This document shows, piece by piece, positions 45,299-54,070 of a stretch of DNA of 64,000 nt. Every line of letters starts with the position of its first letter. Positions within the stretch are counted from its first letter, which is position 1. The stretch is from Dehalococcoidia bacterium. Lineage in GTDB: Bacteria; Chloroflexota; Dehalococcoidia; Lucifugimonadales; UBA3495. The notes under the pieces are model-generated. The model searched no databases and had not been told where the DNA came from. It worked only from the letters and a program-made list of their open reading frames with translations. Where the stretch lies: positions 1,072,716 to 1,136,715 of the forward strand of contig OZ243924.1 of NCBI GenBank assembly GCA_965213725.1. The letters run 5' to 3'. The translations under genes were made by a program, and so were the position numbers.

Positions 45299-47137
45299 TC
45301 ACTCCCTGACGCCGCGGATCAAGTGAATGTGGTCCAGGGAAGTCGGCGTCTGGCCTGAGAACACATACTCTGCGACCACCTCAGGGTCCACAGTCAATTC
45401 ATAGAAGATTTGAGCGATTGGCACGCTGATGTAGTTGTCGAAGGCGAAGTTGCCCATTCGGCGGGCTATCTCGTCGCGCTCCGCCAAGTCTACAGTTGCC
45501 TTCAACTGCTGATACATGGCTTCAAGCTCGTCGTACATCGCGGCGTGCGTAACGCCCTCGTCGGCGTAGAAGACCCGCACCGCCTCCTGGGTTGTGCGAA
45601 TGGGCAGGTTGCGGCTCATCCACATCTTGTCCCAAGCCTGCTTGGCTACCAGGTCCGGGCGCAGGGCAGTGTATTCCATCTCCTGAAGGTTGACCGTGAT
45701 TCCCACTGCGTCCAGGTCAAGTTGAATCGCCTCGGCAATTTGGGACAACTCCGGATTTCCTGAGAAGTTCATGGTCGGGAAGTCAATCTCAATATCTCCG
45801 GGCCCGTATCCCGCATCCGCCAGAAGCTGTCTGGCCCGCTCCGGGTCGAATCCATAGTTGGCCTCGAAATCCGCCTCGAACCTCGGAGCCCATCCCTCAT
45901 GGCCCGGAGTCCATCCGTAAACGTATACCGGCGTGGCGCTTCCCTTGTAGATGAATTCCATGATGTTTGCGCGGTTGACGGCCCGGTTGATTGCCTCCCG
46001 GACTCGGATGTCTTCAAAGGGCTGGTCCGGCCTGTAAGATTCGTCGCCGGTCAGGAAGTATTGGCCCAGCATGAAGGAGACAGTCTGAATGGTAGGCTGC
46101 TGGGAGCTGACGATGCGCATTCCGCGATTGGCGGCCTCCGCTTGAAGGTCGCGGCTCAGGTTGGCCATGTGGGCATCGCCGGCCAGCAGCACCGCCATGC
46201 GGGTGGCGTCCTCGGTGATGAACTTGAGCTCGAATTCGGGGAAATCGGGCGTGGCTCCGTCCCAGTGTTCGGTTTCGGCCATCTCGTAGGACACGCCCAA
46301 CCCCGGCTTCCGCTCTAGGTAGCGGTAGTGTCCAGTACCCGCAGGACGATCGTCGATGGCGTCGAGCCCTTCGGCATCGAACTGCGCCTTGCTCATGATG
46401 TACAGGTCGCCAGCGGTGCGCGAGAACAGCCGCAAGCCGTCTAGGAACGGAGTCTCGAAGTTGAAAGAGACTTGATAATCGCCCCCGGGGACCAGCGTTA
46501 CCGTGCGCCACACCGGGCTCATGGTGGAAACAGAATCATCGGACGAGAGCAGAGAATGCACCCAGGCCACGTCGGCGGAGGTGAATTCTCCGTTGCCGAA
46601 ATGGAACTGGACCCCCTCGCGCAGGTCGAAACTCCACTGGGTGAAGTCATCATTGAATTCCCAACTGACGGCCAAGCCCGGGCCGGCTGCGCCTGTCTTC
46701 GGGTCGTTTCGCAAGAGCGTATCAGCGAAGGGCACGTGTTGCTGCAACAACGACCAAGGCCCTTCCCATATCCGGTTGGTTTCCTGTAGCACGGGCATTG
46801 CCGCGATTACCCGCTGCGCCTTAAGTTCCCCCACCGGAGCAGGAGCCATGGTGGCCGTAGGTACGGGCGTCGGGGTGGCGGCAGGAGCGCCTCCGCCAGC
46901 AGGCGTTGCCGTCGGCCTGAAAGTGGTTAGAGTCGCCGTGGGTTGCGGCGCGACAGTCTGCGCCGGTGCGGCAGGGGCAGTTGTTGGTGCCCCTGCGGGA
47001 GGTACTGTTGCCGGTTGCGCCGCCGGAGCCGGTGCGGAAGTTGCTGTCGGATCCTCGCCACCGCAAGCAACGATAATCGTTACCAGGATTCCCAAAATCC
47101 ATAACGGATTTATCAAATGTTTGCTAAGAAATTTCAT
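45299..47137 (-). CDS. ABC transporter substrate-binding lipoprotein (family 5, peptide/nickel type) with A/P/T-rich tether
   Basis: Lipobox IIVAC, a long APAPAAQPATVPP... linker, and a 500-aa SBP_bac_5-like body. Confidence 0.9.
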   Translation of the reverse strand: MKFLSKHLINPLWILGILVTIIVACGGEDPTATSAPAPAAQPATVPPAGAPTTAPAAPAQTVAPQPTATLTTFRPTATPAGGGAPAATPTPVPTATMAPAPVGELKAQRVIAAMPVLQETNRIWEGPWSLLQQHVPFADTLLRNDPKTGAAGPGLAVSWEFNDDFTQWSFDLREGVQFHFGNGEFTSADVAWVHSLLSSDDSVSTMSPVWRTVTLVPGGDYQVSFNFETPFLDGLRLFSRTAGDLYIMSKAQFDAEGLDAIDDRPAGTGHYRYLERKPGLGVSYEMAETEHWDGATPDFPEFELKFITEDATRMAVLLAGDAHMANLSRDLQAEAANRGMRIVSSQQPTIQTVSFMLGQYFLTGDESYRPDQPFEDIRVREAINRAVNRANIMEFIYKGSATPVYVYGWTPGHEGWAPRFEADFEANYGFDPERARQLLADAGYGPGDIEIDFPTMNFSGNPELSQIAEAIQLDLDAVGITVNLQEMEYTALRPDLVAKQAWDKMWMSRNLPIRTTQEAVRVFYADEGVTHAAMYDELEAMYQQLKATVDLAERDEIARRMGNFAFDNYISVPIAQIFYELTVDPEVVAEYVFSGQTPTSLDHIHLIRGVRE

Positions 47138-47240
47138 AAACCTGCTTACTTTCCTAGTTTTGTTGGCACTATGGCACTTTCTATTACTGGCAAGGATTCT
47201 AGATCGGGACGACCGCTATTGTCAAGTAGGAGTTACGCAG

Positions 47241-48070
47241 GGTATTGTTAGCAACAGTTGCTATTGCATCAGGCCCAGCCGCAGGCAGACCAGGGCCACC
47301 GAACCCGCCAGCATCGCCGCGCTCTTGCTGTACCCTTTCGTCTGCCGCATCAGCCGGTTCAGCTTCCCCCCGCAGCCGGGAATGCAGACCCTCGTTCCAG
47401 TTCACCGGCCCGCCCTTGCCGGCCCGGTGCCGGGCCGGCGGCAGCCAGGACTGATACACCACATAGGCATCACTACAGTACGTCTCCGCCTCCGGCAGCC
47501 GCCCGTACAGCCGCAAAAATGTAGCCTCGCCACGGCCGCCGAGCTCGATATCCACCTGCCGCCGCCCGTCAGCCCCCAGGCTCACCGCCGTCCAGAGCCA
47601 CGCCTCCCGCCGTTTCTCCCCATGCCGGCCGCCCACGCAGCTCCACATCTCATCGAAGGCCGTTATCCGGTCCGCGGCCTAGCGTCCCCTTTCCTGCTGT
47701 TGCCAGAGCAGCAGGGTCAGGGCCCAGCAGACTTTTTTTCAATCCGGCCGTACACCGTCAGCAGTGGAACGTCCAGGGTGCGCCCCACGGCCCGGATGCT
47801 GGCTCCCTCGCAGTACATGGCGATGGCCTGCTCTCTGACCTCCTGGGAGTGGAAGCGGCGGCCGGCCTCCGGGGTGAAATGGCGGACGCAATCGCCGCAG
47901 CGGCAGCGTTGCTTGCCCAGGGCGGAGCGGCCATACTTGCGCACCCAGTTGGAGCCGCCATGGGGGCAGCGGACGTGGTGGCGGTATATGCGGGCAGCGG
48001 CCATGACAAGCCTCCTTGCCGGGTTGATGCCACCCCGATTCTGGCATAAACAACTGTTGCTAACAATACC
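47241..48070 (-). mobile_element. IS1-family insertion sequence, copy 2 (830 bp), inserted in the left end of the IS701-like element
   Basis: Perfect 20-bp inverted repeats ggtattgttagcaacagttg / caactgttgctaacaatacc. 8-bp direct repeat ttacgcag at 47233-47240 and 48071-48078. Confidence 0.9.
47261..48004 (-). pseudogene. IS1 insA plus insB with slippery A7; the insB frame carries a TAG and a G-run frameshift
   Basis: InsA (47717-48004) is intact, with a Zn finger plus HTH ending EKKSAGP*. The A7 motif lies at 47733-47739. The -1 frame hits TAG at 47679-47681 before DEMW. The C-terminus shifts at a G6 run; the other frame reads KLNRLMRQTKGYSKS..LVCLRLGLMQ*. Confidence 0.75.
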
Positions 48071-48111
48071 TTACGCAGTTGAGGGGGTAACAGGTTCACT
48101 TGGGACTGGGT

Positions 48112-49146
48112 ATGATTCCCCTGGAAGAGAGACGGAGAGGCGGTGAGAGAGTGAACCCGGCCAAGAGTGAACCGCTGGACTACATCAACTTTCTGGTGGC
48201 GGCCCAGAAGAGCTTTACTTGCAGCGAAGCGGCCCGGTGCCAGCCGGAGACGCCGGAGGCTGCGGCCCACGACGCTTTCACCCGCCTGCTGCGGAGACAG
48301 CCTCCCGATACTGGGGCGCTGTGGCAGGAAACCCAGGGGCTGGTTCAACGGGAGGCCGGGGTCCTGATTCTGGATGACACCACCCTAGACAAGCCCCGCG
48401 CCAGGAAGATGGAACTGGTGACCCGCCACTGGAGCGGACGGCATCGCCGGGTGGTGTCCGGTATCAATCTGCTCACCCTGCTCTGGTCTGACGGCGACGC
48501 CCTGATACCCTGCGATTTCCGCATCTACGACAAACCTTGGAGCGGAAAGAACAAGAACGATTATTTCCGGGAGATGTTGGCAGCGGCCCACGGGCGGGGA
48601 TTCCAACTCAGCTATGTCCTCTTCGACAGCTGGTACAGCAGCCTGGAAAACCTGAAGCAGGCCCGCTCTTGCGGGTGGCTCTGGCTGACCCAATTCCGAT
48701 GCAACCGGCGGGTGAACCCCGAGGGAAGGGGCAACGTCCGGGTGGACACGGTGGAAATTCCCCCGGAAGGCCGGGAAGTCCACCTGCGGGGCTACGGATG
48801 GGTCAAGGTGTTTCGGACCGTCTCCCCAAACGGCGGCGCGGAATACTGGGCCACCAACGGCTTGGAGTTGACCCGGCAACAACAGGAAGCACTCAAGGAT
48901 CAGGCCTGGGGCATCGAGACTTACCACCGGGGACTGAAGCAGTGTTGCGGGGTAGAGAAATGCCAGGCGCGAAAGGCCGAAGCCCAGCGGTGCCACATCG
49001 GACTGGCCATCCGGTCCTTTTTGCGCTTGGAAGTCCACCGCCTGCGCTCCGGCGTCAGTTGGTACGAAGCCGTGGCAAAGGTCGTCCGCCCTGCCATCCA
49101 GCAATATCTGGCTCAACTCCAGTACTCCCTGAATCCAACTGCGTAA
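48112..49146 (+). CDS. DDE transposase (IS4-superfamily, IS701/DDE_5-like)
   Basis: Candidate catalytic contexts VLILDDTTLDK, YVLFDSWYSS and WGIETYHRGLKQ. The TAA stop lies inside the right inverted repeat. The start is uncertain (track TTG 48100, ATG 48112). Confidence 0.8.
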   Translation: MIPLEERRRGGERVNPAKSEPLDYINFLVAAQKSFTCSEAARCQPETPEAAAHDAFTRLLRRQPPDTGALWQETQGLVQREAGVLILDDTTLDKPRARKMELVTRHWSGRHRRVVSGINLLTLLWSDGDALIPCDFRIYDKPWSGKNKNDYFREMLAAAHGRGFQLSYVLFDSWYSSLENLKQARSCGWLWLTQFRCNRRVNPEGRGNVRVDTVEIPPEGREVHLRGYGWVKVFRTVSPNGGAEYWATNGLELTRQQQEALKDQAWGIETYHRGLKQCCGVEKCQARKAEAQRCHIGLAIRSFLRLEVHRLRSGVSWYEAVAKVVRPAIQQYLAQLQYSLNPTA

Positions 49147-49432
49147 CTCCTATCAAGTTAAAAATCGTCTCCAAGCAGGCTGTATCAAGCGGTAATCAGG
49201 CTAAAATAAGGCAAAGAGCAAAGAGTGGTAGAGTTCCGTCAACGGTCCAGTGCATGGAGTTGTTGGTTGAAGTTCGTGGTTGCCTGCCGTCTGGGGGCTT
49301 GAACGACTGTTCCCATCGTCCTGCCCTTCCGGGGCAGTATGTAAAAGACGGCGCCGAAGGGCTAAACTGCACCCCAGCGATTGAATTACCTCCGGGGGGC
49401 CACCGCCCGCCCGGAGCCGGAGGGCAAGCCCG

Positions 49433-51244
49433 ATGAGTCAACTTGATGCGGCCAGCGGAATTGCTTGGCGGGAATGGAACGAGGAAGCATTCGAGGCCGC
49501 CAAAGCCGAGGGCAAGCCGGTGCTGCTTACTCTGGGGGCCACTTGGTGCCACTGGTGCCATGTTATGGACCGGACATCTTATGCCGACGAAAGGGTCATC
49601 GGGCTGATTAACTCCCGGTTCATCCCGGTGCGCGTGGATGTAGACCAACGGCCCGACATATCGCTGCGATACAACCAGGGCGGTTTTCCTTCGGTGGCCT
49701 TCCTGACCGGGAGCGGCGAGTTCCTCACCGGACGGCCCTATACGCCGCCGGACGAGATGGCCGCCCTGCTAGAGCAGGTTTCCCGCGGCGAGGCCCTTGC
49801 GCCCGGCGGACGCGCCGCAGATCATTCTGCACCGCCCGCCCGCGCCGGAGCCAACGCTTCCGTTGAGGCAGTGACGGCCCGGCTGACCGAGCTTTACGAC
49901 GAGCGGTTCGGCGGTTTTGGACTGGAGCCCAAACAACCTCCCTGGGAGGCGCTGCGGTTCCTGACCGCCCGCTACGGCCTAACCGGAGACCGCGCCATTC
50001 TGAGAATGGTCGAGACCACCTTGCAGGGGATGTGGAACGGCATCTGCGACCATAAGGATCAAGGGTTTTTCCGTTACTCGGTCAGCCGCGACTGGAAAGT
50101 GCCGCATTACGAGAAGATGCTGGTCAGCAACGCCAGCCTGGCCGTGTCCTATCTGGAAGCGTTTCGGCTCACCCGGAAGGCAGCGTACAAGACTGCCGTC
50201 GTCAGTATCTTGGACTACCTACTGACCACGCTGTTCAGCCCCCGGCAAGGGTTGTTCTTTGCCAGCCAAGACGCCGACGAACCCTTCTACCAGATGTCCT
50301 GGAAAGACCGGAGCGCCACTGCGCCGCCGCCCGTTGACCGCACGTTCTACGCCGGTTGGAACGCCCTAGCCGCCGATGCCCTGATCCAAGCGGCCAACGC
50401 GCTGGGCAGCCCGGTTTATCTCCGTCTGGGAGCCGACATTCTGGAAAACCTGTGGCACGAGAGCTGGGCCTCGGCAGGCGGATTGCAGCGCCGCGCCGGG
50501 GAGCCGGGCGACGCCGCGCCCATCCTGGCCGACCAAGTGAATTTCCTGCGGGCCTGGCTGACCCTGCACCAGTCCACAGGTCAGCCGGAATGCTTGGCGC
50601 GGGCGGCGGAAGTCGCCGAGACCGTCGGGCGGCTGTTCGGCGCGCCCGGCGGAGGCTGCTACGACGCCGCACCGCCCCGGCCCTTTGAGGCGGGGCTGCT
50701 TCCGCGGGAGCAGCCGGCGCTGGACAACGGCTGCTGGGCCGAGGCGCTGCTGGCCTTGTCTCACCTGACCGGCGACTCCTGGTATTGGAACCAAGCGGCG
50801 GCGGCCCTGAAAATCTTTGAGTCCGTCGTGCCAGGCAAGAGCTACCTCGGCTCCCACGCCTCCCGGCGCATGGAGGAAGATGAGGAGGCGTTGTTCCTGC
50901 CGGCGGGCGCGGCCTGGGGACGGGCGCGGGATATGCTGACCCATGGGCCGGTGAGCCTGACGCTGGTGGGCGACTCATCCGGCCCGGCCTACCGTCGGCT
51001 GCACCGGGCGGCGCTGCGGGTCTATGCTCCCCACCGGGTGGTACAACCGCTGGACGTGGAGCGGGACGCCGGGCAAATACTCGGATTGGGGTTCCCCTTG
51101 CGCGAAGAAGCGGCGCTCTACGTCTGCATGGGAGAGCGCTGCCTGGCTCCCGTCACCACGCCCCGGGGCCTCCGGGAGGTGGCCCGCTCCCGCCCATGGG
51201 CCTCCGGGCAGGTTTCGGAACCCGCTCGGACGGCAGACCGCTGA
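49433..51244 (+). CDS. thioredoxin-domain protein of the DUF255/YyaL type (N-terminal Trx fold plus alpha/alpha-toroid)
   Basis: GGAGGG RBS. Contains KPVLLTLGATWCHWCHVMDRTSYADERV...IPVRVDVDQRPDI. Confidence 0.85.
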   Translation: MSQLDAASGIAWREWNEEAFEAAKAEGKPVLLTLGATWCHWCHVMDRTSYADERVIGLINSRFIPVRVDVDQRPDISLRYNQGGFPSVAFLTGSGEFLTGRPYTPPDEMAALLEQVSRGEALAPGGRAADHSAPPARAGANASVEAVTARLTELYDERFGGFGLEPKQPPWEALRFLTARYGLTGDRAILRMVETTLQGMWNGICDHKDQGFFRYSVSRDWKVPHYEKMLVSNASLAVSYLEAFRLTRKAAYKTAVVSILDYLLTTLFSPRQGLFFASQDADEPFYQMSWKDRSATAPPPVDRTFYAGWNALAADALIQAANALGSPVYLRLGADILENLWHESWASAGGLQRRAGEPGDAAPILADQVNFLRAWLTLHQSTGQPECLARAAEVAETVGRLFGAPGGGCYDAAPPRPFEAGLLPREQPALDNGCWAEALLALSHLTGDSWYWNQAAAALKIFESVVPGKSYLGSHASRRMEEDEEALFLPAGAAWGRARDMLTHGPVSLTLVGDSSGPAYRRLHRAALRVYAPHRVVQPLDVERDAGQILGLGFPLREEAALYVCMGERCLAPVTTPRGLREVARSRPWASGQVSEPARTADR

Positions 51245-51413
51245 CCGCATCCGGCCCGCCCGGCATACAGCCAGTCCTCGAGTGAGCCCCTCGGCATTAC
51301 CCGGGGCAATCGCGCGGGGACGGAAATCCTCTCTGCTTTTGGGATATGGGATTTCCGTCAGTGCTTTCTCAGCGCAGGTCGGGAAAAGCGCCACCTCCGG
51401 GCGTGCAGCCCGG

Positions 51414-51992
51414 CTAGTGCGGCGGCTGGGGCTGCTGACCTTCCACGAAGGTGTTGCGGAAGCGGTAGAGGGTGAACTCCGGCTCCACCGGGGCGACGGG
51501 CAGGTAGCCGGCCTCTTCGATTTTGGCGACTATGAAGTGGGGGCCGTCGGTGGTCAAGGCGGCGGACAGCGCGCCTTCCAGTTCCTCCAGGTCGTTGACG
51601 GTGGCGGCGCCGGAGATGCCGCAGGACAAGGCCACCTGCTCCAGGTTGGTGCCGGTGCCGGTGTGGCTCATCTGGTGGCCGGTCTGGCCCCACGCCTCGT
51701 TGTCGTACACCACCACTATCAGGTTCTTGGGCCTCTCCCGCCCGATGGACGCCAGCGCTCCGAGGTTCATCAGCAGCGAGCCGTCGCCGTCCAGCGAGAT
51801 GACCTGTTCGTCGGTGGCGAGGGCCATGCCCAGGGCGATGGAGGAGCAGAGGCCCATATTGCCGTAGGTGTAAAAGTTGCGGTCGCGGTGCCCCGCATGC
51901 CACAGCTCGTCGGATGTGGGGCCAAGATTGCCCACGATGGGGCGGTCTCCGGCCAAGCGAACCGCCAGTTGAGTCGCGTCGAACCTACGCAA
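51414..51992 (-). CDS. TPP-dependent sulfopyruvate/phosphonopyruvate decarboxylase, beta subunit-like
   Basis: TTG start after GGAGGG. TPP-binding ISLDGDGSLLMNLG...VVVYDNEAWG. Overlaps the alpha-like gene by 8 nt. Confidence 0.75.
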   Translation of the reverse strand: MRRFDATQLAVRLAGDRPIVGNLGPTSDELWHAGHRDRNFYTYGNMGLCSSIALGMALATDEQVISLDGDGSLLMNLGALASIGRERPKNLIVVVYDNEAWGQTGHQMSHTGTGTNLEQVALSCGISGAATVNDLEELEGALSAALTTDGPHFIVAKIEEAGYLPVAPVEPEFTLYRFRNTFVEGQQPQPPH

Positions 51993-52515
51993 ATTTCCCT
52001 CCGTGCAACCTCTGGGTCAGGCAGATCGCCACGGGCTGGCGGTTGGCGTAGCACAGCTTCATGGCGCCGTCTAGAAGGTTGTCCATCCGGTAGTCGTCTT
52101 CAATGGTGTAGCTGACTACACCGAACAGGTCGAGGATCGGCACCGTCGTCCGGCCCATGGGCACCTGGGAGATGTTGAATTCCCCGGTCCCGCCCCGCAT
52201 ATTGATGAAGAAAGGGATGGGAGCTCGGGCCGGCAGGCACAGGCTGGCCAGGGCGTTGATGCTGTTGCCGAAGCCGCTGGTCTGCATGAACACCGCGGCG
52301 TTTCGCCCGGCGGCGTAGGAGCCGACCGCGATGCCGACAGCCTCCTCTTCCCGCGTGGCCGACACCAAGTGGAAGAAGGGATCCTGATCAATGATTCTGG
52401 TCACCCGATGTATGGATGAGTCAGGCACGTAGGCGATGAGGGATGTGTCCCAATCCTTAAGCGCCTGCACGATGAGGCTCGCCCAATTCTCGGCGGGGGG
52501 GTTGTTAGCGTTCAT
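51985..52515 (-). CDS. TPP-dependent sulfopyruvate/phosphonopyruvate decarboxylase, alpha subunit-like
   Basis: IAYVPDSSIHRV...VSATREEEAVGIAVGSYAAGRNAAVFMQTSGFGNSINAL. Start is either ATG 52515 or ATG 52599. Confidence 0.7.
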   Translation of the reverse strand: MNANNPPAENWASLIVQALKDWDTSLIAYVPDSSIHRVTRIIDQDPFFHLVSATREEEAVGIAVGSYAAGRNAAVFMQTSGFGNSINALASLCLPARAPIPFFINMRGGTGEFNISQVPMGRTTVPILDLFGVVSYTIEDDYRMDNLLDGAMKLCYANRQPVAICLTQRLHGGKFA

Positions 52516-52644
52516 GGTCAAATCCCGCTGTATATCTGGCTTGTCCGCGCCGGGGCGCGGGTCGCGTTCCAAAATATCAGCGGGGCGGGTTAATGTCAAA
52601 AGCGAGGGCAGCCCAGTGGCCCGGGTCTTTAAGGAATGCGGGGG

Positions 52645-52935
52645 CTAGTCATGGTCAACCCGCTTGATGAGAGAACTCGGTCCCCTTCGGATAGCTCCCG
52701 GCGGCATATCATAAAGCGACCGGAGAGACGGCAACCTGTGAATGGCCCGCGGCCCCACCTTAAAAAGGTGAGCCCCTTTGCCCAATTCAGCAGAGGCACG
52801 GTCTGTCAGGACGCGGTAATCGTCCGCCAGAATAGTTCGCCCGTCTGGGTGGACAGCCAGGTACTTCCCCCAATGCTCCGCCTCCAGCGGCTTCCCGTAC
52901 TGCTCATACAACTGGTCTGTGTCGCTGAAATCCAT
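52645..52935 (-). CDS. small hypothetical protein (DUF5678-like N-terminal half)
   Basis: YEQYGKPLEAEHWGKYLAVHPDGRTILADDY...GAHLFKVG. No clear RBS was seen. Confidence 0.4.
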   Translation of the reverse strand: MDFSDTDQLYEQYGKPLEAEHWGKYLAVHPDGRTILADDYRVLTDRASAELGKGAHLFKVGPRAIHRLPSLRSLYDMPPGAIRRGPSSLIKRVDHD

Positions 52936-53074
52936 TGGCTTGCCTCCCGCCTGCTGAATTGTGGGCGTTGCACCTGCTCATTTTAGCAGGGAACCGGGTA
53001 ATCCCGTTGACTGGCCCGGAAACCCCGCCCGCCCCGCTTTCCCAATCAGGCGCGGCGTGTGTTAGAATAGCGGC

Positions 53075-53860
53075 ATGGCGCAGCAGCAAGAAAACCCGAT
53101 TTACTGGGAACAGCACGCATCCCGCTGGAACATTACGCTCATATTCGCCTTGGTGGTGGCAGTGCTGGGCATTACGACCATGCAACTCCTGCTGATTGCC
53201 TTGGGCTTGGCCATGGCAGCATATAGCTGGCTTACCACGCCCCGGCAGTACCTGCTCTACCGCGACCGCATGATGATCGTGTACGGGATGCCCCGGACAC
53301 GAATCATATCCTTTGCCGAAATCTCCCACGCCGAACTGCTGGCAATGCCCTTTGGCGAGCGGTTGCGCCTCCGAATGGTGGCCGGCAACCGCATGATGCT
53401 GATGATGCGCGACCCCGGCGCCTTTCTCGGCCATCTGGAGGACGCCCTAGCCCGCTACCACGGCGAGCAGACGGGCGGCGGGGGTTACGTCGAAAGCTAC
53501 GGCGCGGTCGTGGCCCCGCCGGGCGAGACTGACCGGGAAACGGCGGAAGAGATCGAAGCGGAACCCGCCGGAGCATACCGGGCCGAAGAAGATTATTCGC
53601 CAGCGGATCCCGAGACCTATCCCGGACGGGTGGAGGAAGCATCCAGAACTTCCGGCAGCTACACTGAAATTGAGGAGCCGCAGCCGTCGGCCCCGGCGAC
53701 CCCCCCGGAGCCGGCGGAGGACGCGCCGCGGTTCTCCGGCAGCTACACCGAAACGCCCGAGCCCGACTACTCCGGCGAGGGCCGCCCGGCCTACGGCGCC
53801 GAGGTGGAGCCGGAAACGGGCCGCCCGCAGGAGCAGGATCGCCCGCCCAGCCCGTACTAA
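53075..53860 (+). CDS. membrane protein with bacterial PH-like domain and acidic disordered tail
   Basis: Two TM segments (ITLIFALVVAVLGITTMQLLLIALGLAMAAYSWL), then YLLYRDRMMIVYG. The tail carries a repeated SGSYTE motif. Confidence 0.55.
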   Translation: MAQQQENPIYWEQHASRWNITLIFALVVAVLGITTMQLLLIALGLAMAAYSWLTTPRQYLLYRDRMMIVYGMPRTRIISFAEISHAELLAMPFGERLRLRMVAGNRMMLMMRDPGAFLGHLEDALARYHGEQTGGGGYVESYGAVVAPPGETDRETAEEIEAEPAGAYRAEEDYSPADPETYPGRVEEASRTSGSYTEIEEPQPSAPATPPEPAEDAPRFSGSYTETPEPDYSGEGRPAYGAEVEPETGRPQEQDRPPSPY

Positions 53861-54070
53861 CCCCAAGGTACGGGCGACGGGCGTCAGTCCTGTCCAGTCA
53901 GCAGCCGAACCTGCCGCCGGTGCTCCTTGCCGTGATGACCCGAATCCCGGCCTCAATTTCCTGGTAAACGACGGAATAGGGAACCGGGCCAGCCCATCCG
54001 GGCTTGGCGAACATCCGGCGCGCCCGCCATCCGTCATCTTGCCACCCTCCTGCCGAAATTGTGGGCCGCC

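Larger units (their letters stand above)
47227..49152 (+). mobile_element. compact IS4/IS701-like (DDE) insertion sequence carrying a nested IS1
   Basis: 14-bp inverted repeats taggagttacgcag (47227-47240) and ctgcgtaactccta (49139-49152). Each is abutted by the direct repeat tcaag (47222-47226 and 49153-49157). About 1088 bp without the nested element. Confidence 0.65.

Noticed and set aside
49158-49432. A 275-bp intergenic stretch of lower GC, with a hairpin (ctgccc-ttcc-ggggcag), lies upstream of the DUF255 gene. It was considered as an ncRNA or riboswitch.
   Set aside because: I recognised no signature of SRP, 6S, tmRNA, RNase P or common riboswitch classes. It may simply be the promoter and leader region disturbed by the adjacent IS. 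An Rfam scan would be needed to say more.
53447-54037. A 196-aa minus-strand ORF with an AGGAGGG-like upstream sequence, downstream of the flavin reductase gene.
   Set aside because: Most of it is antisense to the acidic tail of the 53075-53860 gene. The translation is R/G/A-rich low complexity without motifs. The gene is not called.
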